A DNA stretch of 63,908 nucleotides, counting the filler, from Piptocephalis cylindrospora (taxonomy: Eukaryota), in NCBI GenBank assembly GCA_003614145.1. It is 3 parts of 3 records of this genome, joined end to end, with 100 filler letters (N's around TTAATTAATTAA, not from the genome) between each part and the next. Parts side by side here need not be neighbours in the genome. Positions count along the whole stretch, not along the records: positions 1 to 25,238 come from KZ987778.1; 2 more parts are not named here. One strand, written 5' to 3'. The notes beneath the pieces were generated by a model, which was given only the letters and a program-made list of their open reading frames with translations, made no database searches and was not told where the DNA came from. Shown here in pieces: positions 1-11,490 of this stretch (its first letter is position 1; every line of letters starts with the position of its first letter). The position numbers and the translations under genes are program-made.

Positions 1-1
1 G

Positions 2-766
2 CTGTATCGTACCATTGACGCGGCTAGGTTCCCATTTCGGGCAAGGCTTATCCAGTGGGATGGCCAAGTGGCTCGACAGATTGCCCCGTTTCTCCTTCTC
101 TACCCCACCTCTCTCCTCCTCCACACCTGGTGTCAGTCATTCCTCTCTGTCGCCGTTCTTCCTATTTTCCGCGCCCTGTCCCTCCCATTGACCCTTCTGC
201 TCCTCCCCCTGTCCTCCTTGGAGCTCAGGGTAAGCACCCGAGAATGGGCTGGGGCAGGCATGGTCCTCCTGGCCGTCTGGGTCCTGTGTCATGGGCAGGG
301 AAGCAGTATCTCCATTCCTGGATCTCTCCTGGGTCTGCTCTTGGCCCTGAGCCTAACTCTACAGCAGGCTTATGTCCCCGTGGCTCTCCAGGGCGCTGAG
401 GGGGATGTTATGAGCCTCGTGTACCATACCTGCATCTCGTCTATCCTCTTGATTTTGCCCGGGTATTTGATCGTGTCGCATGAACTGGCGGATATCCTGG
501 GACATGTTTACTTTCTCGGCAACCCGACCTTTTGGTTCCTCATCCTCCTGCATGCCACTAATGCCCTTATCCTTCTCCTGGCTTCCTATCACCAAATCAT
601 CAGTACCAGTCCCACCACCCATGCCTTTAGCTCTACCTCTCGCCTAGCCTTACAGCCCCTAATCACCTCTCTGCTCCTCAGTGCCTCCTCAGTGTCCTTT
701 GCCTCGGGCCTCTTCATCCTCCTCCTTGTTCTTGGAGGCAACTATTGCTACAGCAAGTCTGGGTAG
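2..766 (+). CDS. Nucleotide-sugar/triose-phosphate transporter family protein (GDP-fucose transporter-like), 5' end outside window
   Basis: Frame is open from position 2 to TAG at 764-766. Multiple hydrophobic TM segments. Motifs resembling SLC35/TPT members (FRALSLPLTLLL; HQIISTSPTTHAFSSTSR, cf. QI..TSPLTH.ISGT.K). Confidence 0.6.
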   Translation: MYRTIDAARFPFRARLIQWDGQVARQIAPFLLLYPTSLLLHTWCQSFLSVAVLPIFRALSLPLTLLLLPLSSLELRVSTREWAGAGMVLLAVWVLCHGQGSSISIPGSLLGLLLALSLTLQQAYVPVALQGAEGDVMSLVYHTCISSILLILPGYLIVSHELADILGHVYFLGNPTFWFLILLHATNALILLLASYHQIISTSPTTHAFSSTSRLALQPLITSLLLSASSVSFASGLFILLLVLGGNYCYSKSG

Positions 767-1023
767 CCACCCTTCTTCAAGTCCCTTATTCTCTTTTGGG
801 CAGCTGCTATATTAAATCTGGATTGTCGTTCTCTTCCCGGTTGCTGCTATAGCAAATCCGGGTAAGGATCCTCTTCTGGGAGTAGGGTGATGAAGAGGAT
901 AATGTATTTGATCTAGGTGACGTAGGTCGCGTTCACGGATGGCTCCCAGATGTATATTTATCAATGGGAAGAAAGGGATATGGGTCTATTATTAAAAATT
1001 TAGGTGGGATAGGATGATGGCTT

Positions 1024-2661
1024 TTATACGAAGACCCAAGGAGATCGATTCACCCGGAACTTCAGCCACAAAACAAGGATACTAGCGGCCACGGTTACAG
1101 CCCCGCAGTACATCATAGCCGGGAGATAATCGGTGTCTGGGGCCGTGGAGTCTAGGATGGCCGTGGCGATCAAGGTGCCCGTGTAGAAGCCCAGAGCTTG
1201 AACGCAAAACAGAACGCCCATGGCATTGGCCAGACGCTCAGGCCGTACAAAAACAGCGACAACGACGGGTAGTAGACCGATGAAGCCGCCGCCAAATAAA
1301 CCGTATAGGATCATGAAGCCGATGAGAGCGGGAAAGGTGTGAGCAAAGGGCCAATAGACCATGCAGACAAGGCCGCCGACGAGGGTACAGATGAAGAGGG
1401 AGTTGAGTTTGCCGAAACGATCGGCGGTGAGACCGAGGAAGATACGGCCCACGCCGCTCACAGCGGAGAGGATGGTGGAAAGGGTAGCGCCGTCCGCGGT
1501 AGAGAGACCCACAAATGTAGCATATGAGGGACTGAGGAAGAAGGGGCCGAGGAAGCCAAAGGTGCACAAGCATCCCATGAAGGCGAGGATGCAAAAGGTG
1601 GGATCTCGGAGCATGGAGAGGTCGAGGAATGAAGTCAGGCCCCTTCCCTTTTCCCCCTTGACCTTGGGGACGTAGCCATGGCCGACGGGGAAGCGTTCGC
1701 GGGCCAGGAGCGTCGCGAGGAGCAGGATGCCTAGAGACATGAAAGACACAGTGCGCAAGGCCCAGATGTGGCCGGTCATGGGGTCGTGGGCCAGGAGGGC
1801 CTTGGCGGTCTCGCTGTACACAATCCCACCGATCCCGGATCCGGAATAGGCTATGCCCCCAGCCAGGCCCCGACGATGTCTGAACCACTGCGAGGAAAGA
1901 GAGATGGTGGCGTAGAAGGCAAAGGAGCCGCCAATGCCATACAGGATACCCTGAGCTAGGTAGAGTTGCCATAGCTGTGTGGCGAGGGAGGCGAGAAAGA
2001 GACCCAGGAAGCACAGGATGGCGCTCAGTAAAAGCGGGGGTTTGACCCCCCACCGCTCCACGATCCGCCCGACGATCGGGCCCAGAAGGTAAATGGTCCC
2101 TGTGCCCAGACACCCGATCAGGGTGAGCTGAGTGCTAGTGATGCTGGGGTCGGAGTAAGGACCAGTCTGGTAGTAGCGCTGGTAGATGCCAAAGGTGTAA
2201 TTGTATCCAAAAATGACAAAAGTAGCGAGGAATGTGGGTAAAACACCAAAGAGCCAGCCGAGGTGGTGATCCGAAGGGTACAAGGCCCCTGGTTCAATAT
2301 AAGATGGGTCCATGGTGATGTGATCGGGCAGATCACCAACCCGATTAGCCAGGTCATCCTTATCCTCGATAGCCTTCTCGGATGATGTCATGGTAGGGTG
2401 GCTGGCAGAAAAAGTACGTTGCATGTGTGGCTCAGACTGCGTGGGCGAATCTATCGTTTCCCCTCCCTGTAGGGTCGTATTGGTTTGGGTGGTACTATAG
2501 GGGTGGAGGTCCAATGGATGGAAATCCTCCACAATATCCTCTTGTCTCCCATCATGTGTGTGTAGGGTAGATGGGGTGGGAGGGTGGGAGTCGTACTGCG
2601 GGTTCTGGGGGGTGGAAAAGTCTTTCGATGGGAGGGGTGATCGAAATGATGGAAATGGCAT
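1024..2661 (-). CDS. MFS transporter, monocarboxylate porter (MCT/Mch-like) family
   Basis: Single 545-aa ORF with about 12 TM segments. MCT-type motifs FGIYQRYY, GRIVERWG, SQWFRHRRGLAGGI, GRIFLGLTADRFG. Confidence 0.9.
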   Translation of the reverse strand: MPFPSFRSPLPSKDFSTPQNPQYDSHPPTPSTLHTHDGRQEDIVEDFHPLDLHPYSTTQTNTTLQGGETIDSPTQSEPHMQRTFSASHPTMTSSEKAIEDKDDLANRVGDLPDHITMDPSYIEPGALYPSDHHLGWLFGVLPTFLATFVIFGYNYTFGIYQRYYQTGPYSDPSITSTQLTLIGCLGTGTIYLLGPIVGRIVERWGVKPPLLLSAILCFLGLFLASLATQLWQLYLAQGILYGIGGSFAFYATISLSSQWFRHRRGLAGGIAYSGSGIGGIVYSETAKALLAHDPMTGHIWALRTVSFMSLGILLLATLLARERFPVGHGYVPKVKGEKGRGLTSFLDLSMLRDPTFCILAFMGCLCTFGFLGPFFLSPSYATFVGLSTADGATLSTILSAVSGVGRIFLGLTADRFGKLNSLFICTLVGGLVCMVYWPFAHTFPALIGFMILYGLFGGGFIGLLPVVVAVFVRPERLANAMGVLFCVQALGFYTGTLIATAILDSTAPDTDYLPAMMYCGAVTVAASILVLWLKFRVNRSPWVFV

Positions 2662-4176
2662 TTCCTGGCGAGTTGGAACTGGATAGAGCTGAATGAATAT
2701 ATCAAGGCAAGATGGATGAGGAAGATTTCAACAAGAGGTTGGTTACAAGGAAGGAAAAAGGGTGAGGCGGGGATAATTAAACGGAGAGGGGGGATAAGGG
2801 TGGTATAAAGAAGGACTTGTGTTCACCCAAGCACTTTCCCTTCGTTTTGACGCTCTCAATGATCCCGGAATCCCCCAGTATTTATACTTGATTCTCAGGA
2901 AAAATAGAAGAACCCATTCTCCCAGTCACAGAGATCTCGGGTGTGCACACAGAGGGGAGCTGTAATAAGAGATCATCCCCTCTTTTTCCACCCCTCTCTC
3001 CTTTTTTTTCCTTACCCCGCGCTTGAGAAACAATTGTGTGCGTGTGAGGACTTAGTGTTCGCCTGGGAAGAAGCGGGAGGATGTCATGACCTGGTTAATC
3101 GTGACCCCAGAGCGCATGTATGGGATGGGAGCGTCAGATCACCCTAGCCTGGTGATGAGGTTGAAGTCATCGCATCTGAGAGTTAGGGTACAAGCATGAG
3201 GAGAGAATCTCATCCTGAGTTTTACATCTGGAATTGGCGGATCTTAATTTTTTTTCCTTTGCTCACACTGTGAGGGTCAATGGGCTTGGAATGGCCTGTG
3301 TGGAAAGGGACGGCAGATCACCGCAGGACCCTGTCTCTCTTTCCTGTATAGTGGGGATGTGAGCGGTAAGACCCGGATACACGGAGGCTGAATTTTCAAC
3401 AAGGGCAACCATACCAATCTAGTAATCCACGTATTTTTATAGCCATGATAGTGGGACAAGGCGCGGGAAAAACAACTGCATCGGAGGTGTATTTCGCCGG
3501 TCAAGGGCTCCGGAAGGGGGAGGGGGTAAGGAGTGGCTGAGTCATCCCCGTCACCATCCTGGTCCTAGACATGGGCCAGTTTCAACCCACCTAATAACCC
3601 TAAACACGTGCATGGCTGAGTGGATCGGAATGACCGATAGTGTGGGGTAGTTGGTCGTACCCAAGGAGGATGGGAGGGGGGTTTAAAGGGGGATGTGATG
3701 CTGGTAGTGTCAGGATTGAAAATAATAAGCGAACCTGACATGGATAACTGATGTAGATGAGATGACGTGGTGCAGATGATGATGATGATGTTCTGGGTTG
3801 GTCGAATCTGTCATGTCAAATAGTCGAGGCTTCTGGGATGCGACACTGGGTGATGGGATACTATACCGCTGCGCCTCTAGAGAGGAAGCCTTCCCCACTG
3901 TACCCTGAGGATGAGACGATTTGGGATGCAGATAGGTTTGGGAGGTTCTAAGGGTAAATAGGTCAACATCGATACAGAAGAGCCCAAAAACTTGCGCTTG
4001 CATCCATTGGTTTTGGAAATATATTCGGAGTGTATGGGGGGGGGGGGAAGTCCCCTTCTTATTCTTCATAACCATACGATACGTATTTGGAAAAAGCATC
4101 ATGGTCTGCCTCATGTACTACTATTTTCTGAGCACATTTATTTCCTCCTTCAGCTAACTACAGCCTCTTTTCTTCC

Positions 4177-4759
4177 TTATTCTTCCGGGGACTTGACCAC
4201 GAGAACAGGGCAATGAACCATATGGACGCATGCATCGGCTACGCTTCCGACAAAGATGCGATTAAAGAAGGAAAGATTCCTATTTCCAATGATAAGCGTG
4301 GAAACTTGGGCTCCATTGACGTACTTGACTAGGAGATCTCCAGGCTCCTCAGTTCCTTTTAGGAGGCGTTTCTCCACATCATACTACTCGTGTGATTGTG
4401 ATCGTATGTTGGAATTAAATTAGCTTTAGCGAGGATGGCCATGACATAAAATAGCCATGCAGCTCCTCCACACTTACTCCGGCTTTGAGTAAAGGTCCTG
4501 CTAGAGTGTCCAGACCCTTGACAGCTTGCTTCCCCAGATCATCTTCCTGCTTGGCCAACATCTCCCCCACATAGATGAAGTCGATGCCGAGATCCGTGGC
4601 ATCTGAGGGGGCATCGACGCTGAGGCAGGTGACTAGATCAACATCATCCCCCTTTCTCAGAAAATTTTCCAGGGCCCATTGAATGATGTGAGGAGACTGG
4701 GAAAAGGCGGGATCCACGGCAATGACCACGGACCGGGCGTTTTGACTTGACTTTGACAT
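4177..4759 (-). CDS. Universal stress protein (Usp domain), 2 exons
   Basis: ATG at 4759 (MSKSSQNARSVVIAVD...WALEN). Intron 4477-4384 (GTAAGT...GCTAAT...TAG) joins in frame to YDVEKRLLKG...LIIGNRNLSFFNRIFVGSVADACVHMVHCPVLVVK, the canonical Usp C-terminal signature. Confidence 0.9.
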
Positions 4760-6160
4760 GTTATTGAAGATACTGTGTAGATGGGAGGGATAGGATAGAG
4801 CGGAAGGGAATGGAGTGAATTCCGTGTTCATCTTTCAAGGGATATCCCTCTGATTTATAGTCGGAGCCAGGGCCAGAAAAGGGAGAATGAGCGACAGGGG
4901 GTATAACGTCATCTTATGGTCATCAGCACCCCGACATTCAGTCCATTGTTGTGCACTAGCATTGAATGCTTCTATACGGCGTGTGCCACCTTCACACATC
5001 AACATGTGCTCTCTATCGTGCCTACACCTCATATTCCATGAGAATATCAACTGAGCGATAATCGAGCATGGACTAAGATGATTCACCGTTCCATTTATCC
5101 CATTCCATGGCAATATAATCCGCCTAAATCCAGCCAAGTCAAGGTACGATCCAAATGCTTCCCACTCCCCCCTTCCTACAGAAACAACAGCAATCACCGA
5201 TGTCGATCAATCAAAGAAAAGTTCATCCCACCCCCGATCCAAATGAGCCCGTTATCATACTTCATATCAATATGCATAGTTCATCTGGGATCGACCCCAT
5301 ATATTGCACGAATAACATTCCTCTGGGAATAATTTTCCCTCCCACCAATAAGACCAAGACGATCAGTGTTGGGTCATTTCATCAACCATTCTTTCCATTC
5401 ATCGTACCCCACTCAGTCTCTAATCTTAGGGCACACCTACTTCCACTGTCTCATGGAAAGCACACATCCACTGTCTCCCCACAACAACTTCCCCAGGCCC
5501 AGGGCACACACCCTACTAGATTTCTGTCGAAATAATACATCTCTCCTGCCACACGACTCCGCGCAATCCACCCTCTTATTGGCCCTCCCTGACCATAAAT
5601 TGTCAACCCAATCATTTTTTGCAGGAATGTGTCTTGGCACGCCCTTATTCGACCATGCTTGGGAAGAAAGTACCCAGTTGTCGTAATGCTTTTTTTCATA
5701 GATATTCCTTGTCCTTTCGCACCAACGGAGGGGATATCAAGGAAAGGCCAACACATTGAGCAGTGACAGCCCCACAAAATACCCGGGGAATGGGCGTGGG
5801 TATCAATGGTTCATTTTACATTACGCTACGCTACAGCCACAGGCCTAGCACGTCGTGCCCTACAGGTCAAATGGGGAGGGGGGGAATTATGACTCAGGGG
5901 CAGGGCTGCGGGGCTCATATACACCCCCTCGTCCCGGGGAAGAAGATGGGTAGGGCTTTACCTTTCTTTACTTCCCCTTCTATTTTCCTCTTACTGCTTT
6001 TTCTTTAATTGTCATCATTCCTTCCTCTCTCTCCCCCCATCCTTCCTGCTTCCAAACATTATCTCTTAGCTCCTTGTAGCTTACCGTATACTCCTCACAT
6101 CATCCCTCCCACTCATTCACTCACTCACTCACTCCTCTGGACCCTCCTGACCCAGACAAC

Positions 6161-6598
6161 ATGAAGATTTGGCCTTTTCCTTCGGGAACACATCCAAAAA
6201 AAGCTTCATCCTGCGCTATACAATCTCCCTTAGACTTAAGGGAGACCTATGTCGACGACTTTGACTGGCCTGCCGTAAGCCTGGATGAGGGGATACAGCA
6301 GCTACGGGAACTCGGTGATCTTGAATCCTTTATCCAGGATCCCACCCTCCCCACCATCCATCTCACCCTTACTCCAGAACGACTAAAGAAGCCGGAGAGT
6401 GAGTCCAAGAAGGATAAAAAGCGACGTATCGCTCTGTTTCCTAAAAAGATTGGCCCCTTTCCATCGGCCACCTCATGGATACACGCCATACTCCGGTCCG
6501 GCTCCTCCCCTCGAGACTTTCTCCAATGGGGCCTACAGCAAGGATGGCGAGAGGGCGATCATCTTCGAAAGTACATTCGAACCTGGAGGCCTCAATGA
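6161..6598 (+). CDS. Hypothetical protein (145 aa)
   Basis: Intact ATG-TGA ORF preceded by the pyrimidine-rich leader typical of genes in this window. No family recognised. Confidence 0.45.
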   Translation: MKIWPFPSGTHPKKASSCAIQSPLDLRETYVDDFDWPAVSLDEGIQQLRELGDLESFIQDPTLPTIHLTLTPERLKKPESESKKDKKRRIALFPKKIGPFPSATSWIHAILRSGSSPRDFLQWGLQQGWREGDHLRKYIRTWRPQ

Positions 6599-6974
6599 TC
6601 TTTTTGTGTGCCCCCTTGCTTGGCTATCCTCTCCTGTACTGTGGCCTCTGAGGGCCGTGTGTATTCATGCGTACGTGTGTGCCTTTTCATCTTTCCTCTC
6701 TTGCATCCATCCCCATCCTTGCCTTGTTTATTATTACCTTCGCAGATACCAAGAGTTCCCCGAGCGCAATACCCCTTTCGTTTTGTTACCCCACTCTCCC
6801 CTACCAATGCTCTTTTTTTCTTTTTACCTTGGAATTGGGTCATCATGAATATTAAGTCACATTACCACCGATTATTACAGCTCACTTTCAATTCGATTGT
6901 GTTGCTTCTTTCATCATTGCTAGTGGGATGGAAGTGAATATATATTATTTTATATGAGATCAATATGATCATTA

Positions 6975-9734
6975 TCATACTCTTTTATGCCCACCCTCGC
7001 TGTTCTCATTCTCGCCATCATCATCTTCGATGACATAAGCCTATATATAGTAGGTGAGAAGCTATCTCAAGCCACTCCCTGACATTAATGTATCTCCTTA
7101 CCCGCTTTCTGGTTGACCATGAGGTGACAGCAGATGAGTAGGAGGCATCATCGTTCATTCCTAGAGATGAGTCCACCTTCACCTCTTCATCATCCAACCC
7201 AATAGTTTCTGCTAATCCGGGGGCGTTCGTGGGCTAAGATATATACCTCAAATGGAGGTCAATCTAGAGACACTTCAAAGTGGGCATATTATAAAAACAT
7301 CCCTCTCCCGCTGACCTACCTCGCCCATGACCTCGTCCTCATTTACTTGCTCCTCAGGAAAAGGGGATTCCTTCTTCATCAAGACATCGAAAAGTCTTCC
7401 AAGCGCCTTTTTCGTATCTAAATAAAAAAGAAGTTACTGTGAATCAGCCCTCTTCATTTTTTCCACGTTACAGGACTCTTACCAGAGATATCATCCATAA
7501 TTGGATTGTACTCGTTCGATTGAGTGTGTCGATGGATGATGGATCGAAGTAATGATCTTTCAACCTGGGATGCCCTTTCTGCTCCTACGTTTTCTTTTTG
7601 AGGACTGGTCCCCTCCTCGCCTGTGACACCCGAGGATGTGCGGGTTTGTAATCTACATAGAGTGGGCATGGGTCTTACTTCATCCAAGTAGGGAAGGGGA
7701 ATGAGGTGAAATCCACAAGGATCCTTCCTAGCATCCCCTCCTTCTCCAATCCATCTTTCCTTCTAGACTCAAAAAAGGAGAGTGGATGAGCTCCCTGGAC
7801 AAGGGGAACCCCCGCAGCCCCCTCCCCCTACATCGTAGAACCTACCTGAGGCACGATGAGGCCGAGACGAGGCGTACAGTGAGGTATGGATGGATATTTT
7901 ACAACGCCCACCAGCGACATGTCCAGAAGAGTGTCAATGAGAACACGTAACATCTCTCTGCTTCCCGAGAGCGCCTATTCGTTAAGAAGAAGAGGCATGG
8001 TCAGTTAAATTGGAAAATTACACAGCTATAGCACTAGAAGACACACCAGTTCATCTCCCCGGAGGAATATGGGGGGAAGGATGTGATTCTGTGGATGCAC
8101 CCCTTTCTTATCCATCCAACGAATAAGGATGATTTTATCTAAGAGGAATTCATATTGTTAGAACCTCACATATCCCTTTTAGGCACCCCTCAATCACTTC
8201 ATCTCACCTGCATTGTACTTCTGTAACGCTTCCCGCTCCTCACTTCCCATATCAGTCTGTTTCGCCCATGGATTTCTGTTAATGACCCAGCCACAATCCG
8301 TCCCCCTACCCCCCCTTTCTGATCGAAACTCACCGTGCCGTCCGACAGCTTATACCGGAAAATAAGAGCTACATCCTTTTCCGGAACTTTCACCCTCTCT
8401 TCCTCCTCAACCTCATCTTGGATAAGGGCCTTAGGATTTTGGGTGAAAATAGAAAGACGAGGCTTAACCGGATAAGCCATCGGCCTCCCTGCTCTCCTTG
8501 AATTCACCCACATGGTCTGAGTCTTAGGCATGTCGGTCGGTGCATACTCCATGTACCCTGAAACACCAACGGTATACGAAGAGGAAAGTTGGAGGGGGAG
8601 GCGAAACGTTGCCAGGGGCGATCGTTGACGAAATCGGATATACTCGGCCATGTCCTCCAGACGCTTGGCCCCTTGCCCGTGCACCGACACGGACACCCTA
8701 GATCCTGGGAACCGAGAACTTTCTTCTCCAACCATAAAGGTGTACATTTTATGCCCTATTGTCTCTTCAGTTTCTTCCTCCTCTTCTTCATCCTCCCCTT
8801 CCTCAGAGTGTTTTTTTTCCTCTTCCTTGGACCATAGGACATGCGTATTGATGAAAGCCCAGTCTTTAGCCACTTCCCGTGTGCGTATCATCACTTGATT
8901 ATGTAGGTCACTTCCGTGAGGATGAGGTATTTTTTGATCCGTGATCAGGATAATTCTCTTGCCCTCGGTCGGTCTAAGCCACCATAGCTCACCTTGTTAA
9001 TTGTCATAGTGTCTAAATGAAAAGAAGAGCTTACCGTCTCTGAAAAAGGCGTTTTGCCAACCAAAGGACGTCTCCCAGCGCCGCCGGTCTCTCCCCTACC
9101 TGACAGCTGCCCACTTGATCAAAGTACGAAGAAGTACCTGGGGTGAGGATGGGTAGATGGGGATATTAGGTGCAATCCCTGTCATGTTCATATGTCCATA
9201 CGCCCTCATTTACCTGTCAGGATAGTGGAGAGTTCGGCAAGGATAGACATGGTACATTGTCGTAAGGATACCAGCTCATAGATATATGGTAGGTCAAATT
9301 CGTTTCTGCACTCCCTCTAAAGGATACTCGGAATAAATCCGAGTTGCGTTAACTTGAAAAATAATATATACACGCCCATACCCATTTATCCCATCCTAGT
9401 AGACTCACCGTATTGTAGAGAAGAACCCCTAAGGCTTGTGCGTGATGAGAGTACGCCTGATCTTGAGCGACAGCCATGACAGCATCCAGAGCTAGTTGTA
9501 AACTACTTGTCTCTACCATCTCTTGACCCCTAGGGACCAGTACAGTTTCTTGGAGCATGCTACAAGACGCGTCTACAATAAAAAGAACAGCATTGCTGTA
9601 TCTTGTTGCCTAGTCGTTGCGAGCCCCACCCACCGGGGGATGAGCATGCCTGTATGATGAGGATGAGGGTTCGTAAGCCGCCCTACCCCTACTTTACTTA
9701 CCTCAACAACGCGTGGGAAACGAGGTAATGCCAT
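6975..9734 (-). CDS. KU70: Ku70 (XRCC6)-like DNA end-binding protein, multi-exon, divergent
   Basis: Manually spliced exons give vWA start AVLFIVDASCSM...LGVLLYNT and beta-barrel segments RLEDMAEYIRFRQRSPLATFRLPLQLSSSYTVGVSGY, EEREALQKYNADKIILIRWM...HILPPIFLRGDE, GSREMLRVLIDTLL...TPRLGLIVPQ and PCGFHLIPLPYLDEVR, colinear with Ku70. The start (9734) and last exon (stop at 6975) are inferred from splice signals. Confidence 0.8.
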
Positions 9735-11490
9735 TGCAAGTTGGGTTGTTGATATTGTGTGTAAGGGAGTGAAGAAGACTGCATTCTTTTATTCTAGACT
9801 CCCTGTCTATCCCGCGTCTTCTCCGATACTTGGAGTGACGCGACCACAGCTGCCTGGCAATATGTGATCATAGTCTTACAGAGCATACTAATGCGATATT
9901 CATATAGCTCCTACTATCGTACGTACTTATGCGAGAATTTCGGTTGCCTTGAATTGAATCAAACATATTTGAACCTCCCCAGCTTATCTATTTAGAACCC
10001 CTTTCATGTCCATATTGACGGGAAAGCCCAAGCCATTGCCAATAATGGTAATACTTTTTTCTTCCTAGAAGTAAATCGATCTTTAGAAGGTATGTAAAAT
10101 GCTTACAGCATCGTTGATGATACCAAAAAAACATTAAACAAATATTTATCCGTATAATAGCATACCACATCCAAAAAGGTGGAGATGAGCACGTGTAGGC
10201 ATACCTATTCAGTCAAGTTCAGCGAGATAAGGTCAATCCAATGCTCGTCCCATGACACTTGAGAGGCGACATCAAAGCTAGACAGTATTCGCCCTTTAAC
10301 GATTCAAGCATGGGCCTTCTCATACTTTCAACCGTACAATGGGACATTGTAGTCACCTACACTTCCCTAATCTCGCAACCATTGGTCCTACCCAAAGCTC
10401 TTGCAAACCCATTCGGCGTGTCACCCCAGCTCATCTACATCTCATCATCCCCCGAGATGATCACGTCTTTCTTTCATCCTTGCATCATGAAGGCTAATTA
10501 CTTAAGGTGTCATGTTCTCTCTATCTCCTGTCCATCCTCTCCATCTTCCCCTCGTTCTACCCGCTTTCTCATCTTCCCACTTTCCCACTCTATCTATCCG
10601 CTCTTTCTTGCACATTCTACCCATCTTGTACATCTTCGCTATCTTTCTTATCCTACTCGACCTGTTTTATTTCCCAATCACCTCCTCTCTCTCTTCCTTC
10701 CCCTTTCCCTTAGAAATCACCCAGGCTCTAGCTTCAAATCTCCTGGATCCTCGATTTTTTCTCTGTTGGTTCTTGCTCTCAAAGAACATGTGGGCAATTC
10801 ACCCTCAGTGGTTTAAGATCCGCCATTATCTCCGACTATCCTCCAATGGATCGATGCCATATTCTAATTCCGATTCCGTCAAACCCCGACGTCCTAAGTG
10901 TGATTGGCGGAAGTGTGCAAAAAAAGCGTGACTTGATGTATGCGCTTAACCTCATGTTTCTGTCCTCCTATGGGCCTGGTTTTGATATCTGGACGACTGC
11001 CCCTTTTCCTCTTTCATCTATAGATGAAGCCTCAGGGAGACGGGGAGATATGGAGGATACACAACCATCTCCTCCATGCGCTAGTCTCCCCTGTACTCTG
11101 CCATGCCTTCGCCCCATCATTTCTCGCGCGTCGTTGATCCGACCAAGCCCCACAAGATCTCATCCTCTCTGGACCCTCCCCTAGCCCCGTATCCATCGCC
11201 TTCCCTTCTTTCTTCTTCCCCCACCTTTCCCTTTCCTTGCCCTACCAACTAACGTCCTCACGACGGGTGGAAAATTTTATTCTCGGCTCCTCGTATCCGT
11301 ACCTTTTCCTTTCCCTCTACCTTCCTAACGGTCTGCTACATCCGTACTCGTTTAACGATACCCCGCTTACCCCCTGACTTGAGCTTGACCTTGTCTGTCT
11401 CCACTACCCTGTCTCTTACTTTCTCCCTTTACGAACGCACCTTGCAGGTCCCCTCTCTTATCCTTCTCTTGCCTCACTCCTTGATCATTC

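Noticed and set aside
10259..11184. Overlapping hydrophobic ORFs upstream of the NhaC gene
   Set aside because: CT-rich low-complexity sequence gives open frames in several phases; no recognisable motif, though a small gene cannot be excluded.
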